From: a virus
Lineage: Duplodnaviria > Caudoviricetes
Strand: one strand, 5' to 3'
IMG/VR virus record: IMGVR_UViG_3300013426_000016
Coordinates: 96,001 to 160,000 of that record
Length of the DNA: 64,000 bases
In this document: piece after piece, positions 60,675 through 64,000 of the stretch
How positions within the stretch are numbered: position 1 is the first letter of the stretch
Layout of the letters: each line of letters starts with the position of its first letter
The notes under the pieces: generated by a model
Seen by the model: the letters and a program-made list of their open reading frames with translations, nothing else
What the model was told of the DNA's origin: nothing
Database searches by the model: none
Made by a program: the position numbers and the translations under genes

Positions 60675-60911
60675 TTAGTCTATAAAAATAAACTCTAAAT
60701 CTTCAGAGTTTATAAATTCTATTATTTTATTAAAAATCTCAGTTTTAGTTAAATCACTATTATTATATATAGTATCGATAATTTTATCGAAGGATTCCTC
60801 ATAAGCAGGATACTTGTTAAAATACCCTGCTACGGGATCATCGTAATTATAATTAATTTCTTCTGAGATTCTCCAAAAAACTCCTTTATCGGGTATTTTT
60901 ATTAAACTCAT
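60675..60911 (-). CDS. Small hypothetical protein, tandem paralogue B
   Basis: First 17 aa identical to 60986..61219. Confidence 0.7.
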   Translation of the reverse strand: MSLIKIPDKGVFWRISEEINYNYDDPVAGYFNKYPAYEESFDKIIDTIYNNSDLTKTEIFNKIIEFINSEDLEFIFID

Positions 60912-60985
60912 TGTTTAAAATCTTTTAACTTATATGAAAAACAGTTTATTCTTATTCTTCTATTTCTCTGTTTTATAATTAACAT

Positions 60986-61219
60986 TTACATATATATTAT
61001 TTCTAAATCTTTAGAAATAATTAATTCTATAATCTTATTGAAAATATCAGTTTTTGATACGTTACTACTTTTATAAATATCATTTATAAGAGCATCTAAA
61101 GAATTTGCATAAGCAGGGTATCTATAAAAATATTGTTCTACAGGATCTTTTGCATTTAAACGTAATCTTTCTGAGATTCTCCAAAAGACACCTTTATCGG
61201 GTATTTTTATTAAACTCAT
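60986..61219 (-). CDS. Small hypothetical protein, tandem paralogue A
   Basis: MSLIKIPDKGVFWRISE... Confidence 0.7.
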   Translation of the reverse strand: MSLIKIPDKGVFWRISERLRLNAKDPVEQYFYRYPAYANSLDALINDIYKSSNVSKTDIFNKIIELIISKDLEIIYM

Positions 61220-61859
61220 TGTTTAAAATTGTACTTCCAAGTCCTATAACTGGTATAGAAAAATATTTCCCAGTTATAGCATCTCATAATCTTTTATAAT
61301 CTCTTTTAGTTACGAGTTTAGCTTCCTCTAATATACCAGAAAAAGGAGCTTCTTTATATTTTTCAATGTCCTTTTTAAAAGTTTCATATCCCGGGTATTT
61401 TTGTCCAGGACTTAAACCCAAAATGTGTCCTAGAGTTGCAGAATTTGCAGCTGCTTCTCCAGGAAGATTTAAATATTCACTATCAGGAAACAAAGATTTT
61501 GCTTTTATTTTCTGTAATTTTTGTTGAGCTTCCCCGTATCTTGCATGATGTAGCATCTCATGAAAAATTACAGGTTCCTGAATATTTTCATCTGCAAAAA
61601 CAGATACAGTAATTTTTTGAGGCCACCTGCCTTGATATGCCCCATAAGTAGGAGGAGGTAAAAACTCAGAATCGAATAACACTGGAGTGTTCATTCATGC
61701 CTCATGTATTTCATTTGCAGGAACATCTATGTCGTTAAATAGTTTTTTTGATATTAAATCATTATTAATTGCAGTAGTTCTTACCGCATCAGACCGCAAA
61801 TATTTAAAAGCTGCATTTATAGCCTTAGAGGTTGTGTTTTGGGGTACCAAAAAATTCAT
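61194..61859 (-). CDS. Zincin-like metallopeptidase (221 aa with TGA=Trp)
   Basis: HEMLH followed by YL..PGE..A. TGAs at 61695 and 61284. Confidence 0.65.
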
Positions 61860-61860
61860 A

Positions 61861-62277
61861 TTATTCTTCTATTTCTCCTGTTTTATAATTAATCTTCTTA
61901 AAGCCGAAAGGAGGTATTCTTGAAGCACAAGATAAAGTATCACATCTAAGCATTTGTGCCTGCGTAACATTTGCAGAAAGCTGTAATGCTTGTAGATTTA
62001 AATCAGCTATTTCTTTTCTTAATTGGGTTATTACAGCATCACGATCTTGTACTACAGAACGATAATACTCTATATCATGCTCGTGTTGGGCACTTAAACG
62101 CTCCCAATCATCTACAGTTCCCTGCGCCCGTTTTTCTATTTCTTGTTGCTTTGCTTTATTTTCAAGATCCTTAGATGCTTTAAAACTCTTTCTTGTATAT
62201 AACCATTTAATAAGTTCCAGAAAACCACCTCCGAGCAAAACTCCTCCAACGACTTCTATAATGGATATTAATTCCAT
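61861..62277 (-). CDS. Putative holin-like membrane protein
   Basis: N-terminal hydrophobic Gly-rich helix, coiled coil, C-terminal C....C..R.PP. Confidence 0.5.
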   Translation of the reverse strand: MELISIIEVVGGVLLGGGFLELIKWLYTRKSFKASKDLENKAKQQEIEKRAQGTVDDWERLSAQHEHDIEYYRSVVQDRDAVITQLRKEIADLNLQALQLSANVTQAQMLRCDTLSCASRIPPFGFKKINYKTGEIEE

Positions 62278-62336
62278 AATTATTAGTTATTAAGTTCATA
62301 TTATATACTTATTTGTTCGGTATTTTTGTTTTCCTA

Positions 62337-62406
62337 CAAAAATACTGTTTTATTTCCAAATAAACAAATAAAAACTTGATTTAGAATTTAAAATTAATTA
62401 ATTTTG
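62337..62406. promoter_or_regulatory. Divergent Bacteroidota-type promoter pair
   Basis: Minus strand TTTG-N20-TATTTTTG (62368-62337). Plus strand CTTG-N20-TAATTTTG (62375-62406). Confidence 0.6.
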
Positions 62407-62424
62407 TAGAAATTACACATTAAT

Positions 62425-64000
62425 ATGCCAGATAAATATAAAGTAAAATTAAACGAGTTACCTAATAAAAATATTTTAGGTACTCCGTGAACTACTGATG
62501 ATAATGGGTATAATTGGTATGAAGCATCTAGAGAAAATGTTCCCACACAAAACGGGGAGCATGCTTCATCACGAAATCCATATACAGGTAGAATTTTAAA
62601 ATCTGTTCAGCATCCAACCTTTAATAAAACAGTAATAGGAGAAAAGATAGCTGGATATGATTTTTATACAGATAGAGACAATAATCTATACTCCTTTAAT
62701 GAAAATCCGGGAGAAGATTATACTCCTATAAATATAGATATAGATGAAAACGAGATTAAAAATAGGCAAGCTTTTATGGAAAGTCGATTAAATCCTAATG
62801 CAGAATCTTACAGAGGAGCGAGAGGTTTATTTCAAATAATACCAAGAACACAAAAAGCTTACGAGAAAGAAAATAAAGTAACAGTAAATCCATTTAATCC
62901 AGAACACAGTACACAAATGCGAGACTGGTTATGGAAGAAGTTGGATACTACTAAAACTACTCAAGGTAATAAAGACTTTGTTGTATTAGCTAAGAAATTA
63001 GCAGCATATAATTATGGGCAAGGTAATCTTGGTAAAGCTTTAGAAAAAGCTAAAACGGAAGGCATAGATATTTATAATACAATAGATTTTCTTCCTTACT
63101 TGCCTAAAGAAACACAAAACTATGTAAAATTTATTCTTATGAATGAAGATGCTGGTAAAACATATAATAAAGATTATGACAAGGCCATAGGAAAATACCA
63201 ATCTCCTTCTGGCCCCCTACCTTTTAAATGGAAAAATATAACTATTCCAGAAACTCCTTCTGTAAATTTTACTCCTACAGATCCTTATACAATAGCAGAC
63301 GAATCTTTACCTGCTTATAGAGAACTGCAAACACTTAATGAAAGAATGAAGAAAGGAGAAATAACTCCAAGTGTATATGATTATAAATATAATAATTTAA
63401 TTAAGCAAATACATACTTTAGGAGATGAAAATCCTTCTCTTTATAAAACCTATTTTCAGCATCAATCAAATCAAGCTTTAAATCAAATAAGTGAAACAGT
63501 AAGTCCTTATAAAAAGGCTGTAGCAGCTAAATCCATGCCTGAAATAGGACCGTTAACAGAAGATCAGAGAGAATATCAAGCAGAACAAGAAAGGCTTTTA
63601 AATGCCCGTAAAAATGGTGTTGCTGATATATATAATAATCAATATAACTCAAACTTAAGTTATGAAGACTGGGAAAAGGTTATAAATTTCTATAATTCTC
63701 CTTACAAGCATGTAAACATAGGAGCACCTATGATGGGAGCAAATACTGTTCTTTTTGCAAATACACAAAAAACTGTAGACAGGCACTCTGATCAAAGATA
63801 TGCAGAATTAAATGAGAAATATCCAGAAGTAATTTCTAATATAGAAAATGAAATTACAGAAAATGATAGTAAACAATCTCTTGTTTATGATGGTATACCT
63901 GCATTACTCGGTACTTTAGCTGCTGGAGCACCATTACTCTCTTCTGCTTTAAATATTGCTGGAATGAAAATAGCTACTGCAATACCAAATACTTTTGGTA
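62425..64000 (+). CDS. Large protein with lytic transglycosylase (SLT) domain, truncated at window edge
   Basis: ATG at 62425, TGA at codon 22 (62488), then open to the window end. MESRLNPNAES.RGARGLFQIIP, LAAYNYGQG and LPKETQNYV motifs. Absent from the ORF track. Confidence 0.85.

Noticed and set aside
3726-62174. Plus-strand track ORFs such as 8606..9343, 31801..32403, 25394..25819 and 39808..40188
   Set aside because: They are antisense shadows of well-supported minus-strand genes, with no motifs or expression signals.

Overview
A 64-kb, AT-rich segment of a crAss-like (Crassvirales-type) Bacteroidota phage covering the morphogenesis and virion-cargo region. It is almost entirely on the minus strand. 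The ORF track looks fragmented because TGA is read as Trp (code 4-like). By my hand count about 55 in-frame TGAs in 23 genes fall at motif-conserved Trp positions, and reading through them restores full-length terminase, tail and fibre genes that end in TAA or TAG. The major capsid gene is split into 6 exons by 5 group I introns, two of which carry homing endonucleases and one of which appears to lack P9. The portal gene has a sixth intron. A PD-(D/E)xK nuclease carries a Gly-initiated class 3 intein. Other features: a 21-bp-phased iteron array with AT-rich 9-mers next to two Rep-like paralogues (candidate origin); a G10 tract that frameshifts one of two paralogous fibre-tip proteins (candidate phase-variable host-range switch); a short K-[FY]-Q-x-G-G / A-K-x-G-x-K-L peptide motif shared by six unrelated proteins; and a promoter/terminator-bounded small RNA containing an ATG-TGA mini-ORF. 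I saw no tRNA, rRNA or CRISPR array. All translations, counts and pairings were done by hand, and family names come from motif recognition rather than database searches.
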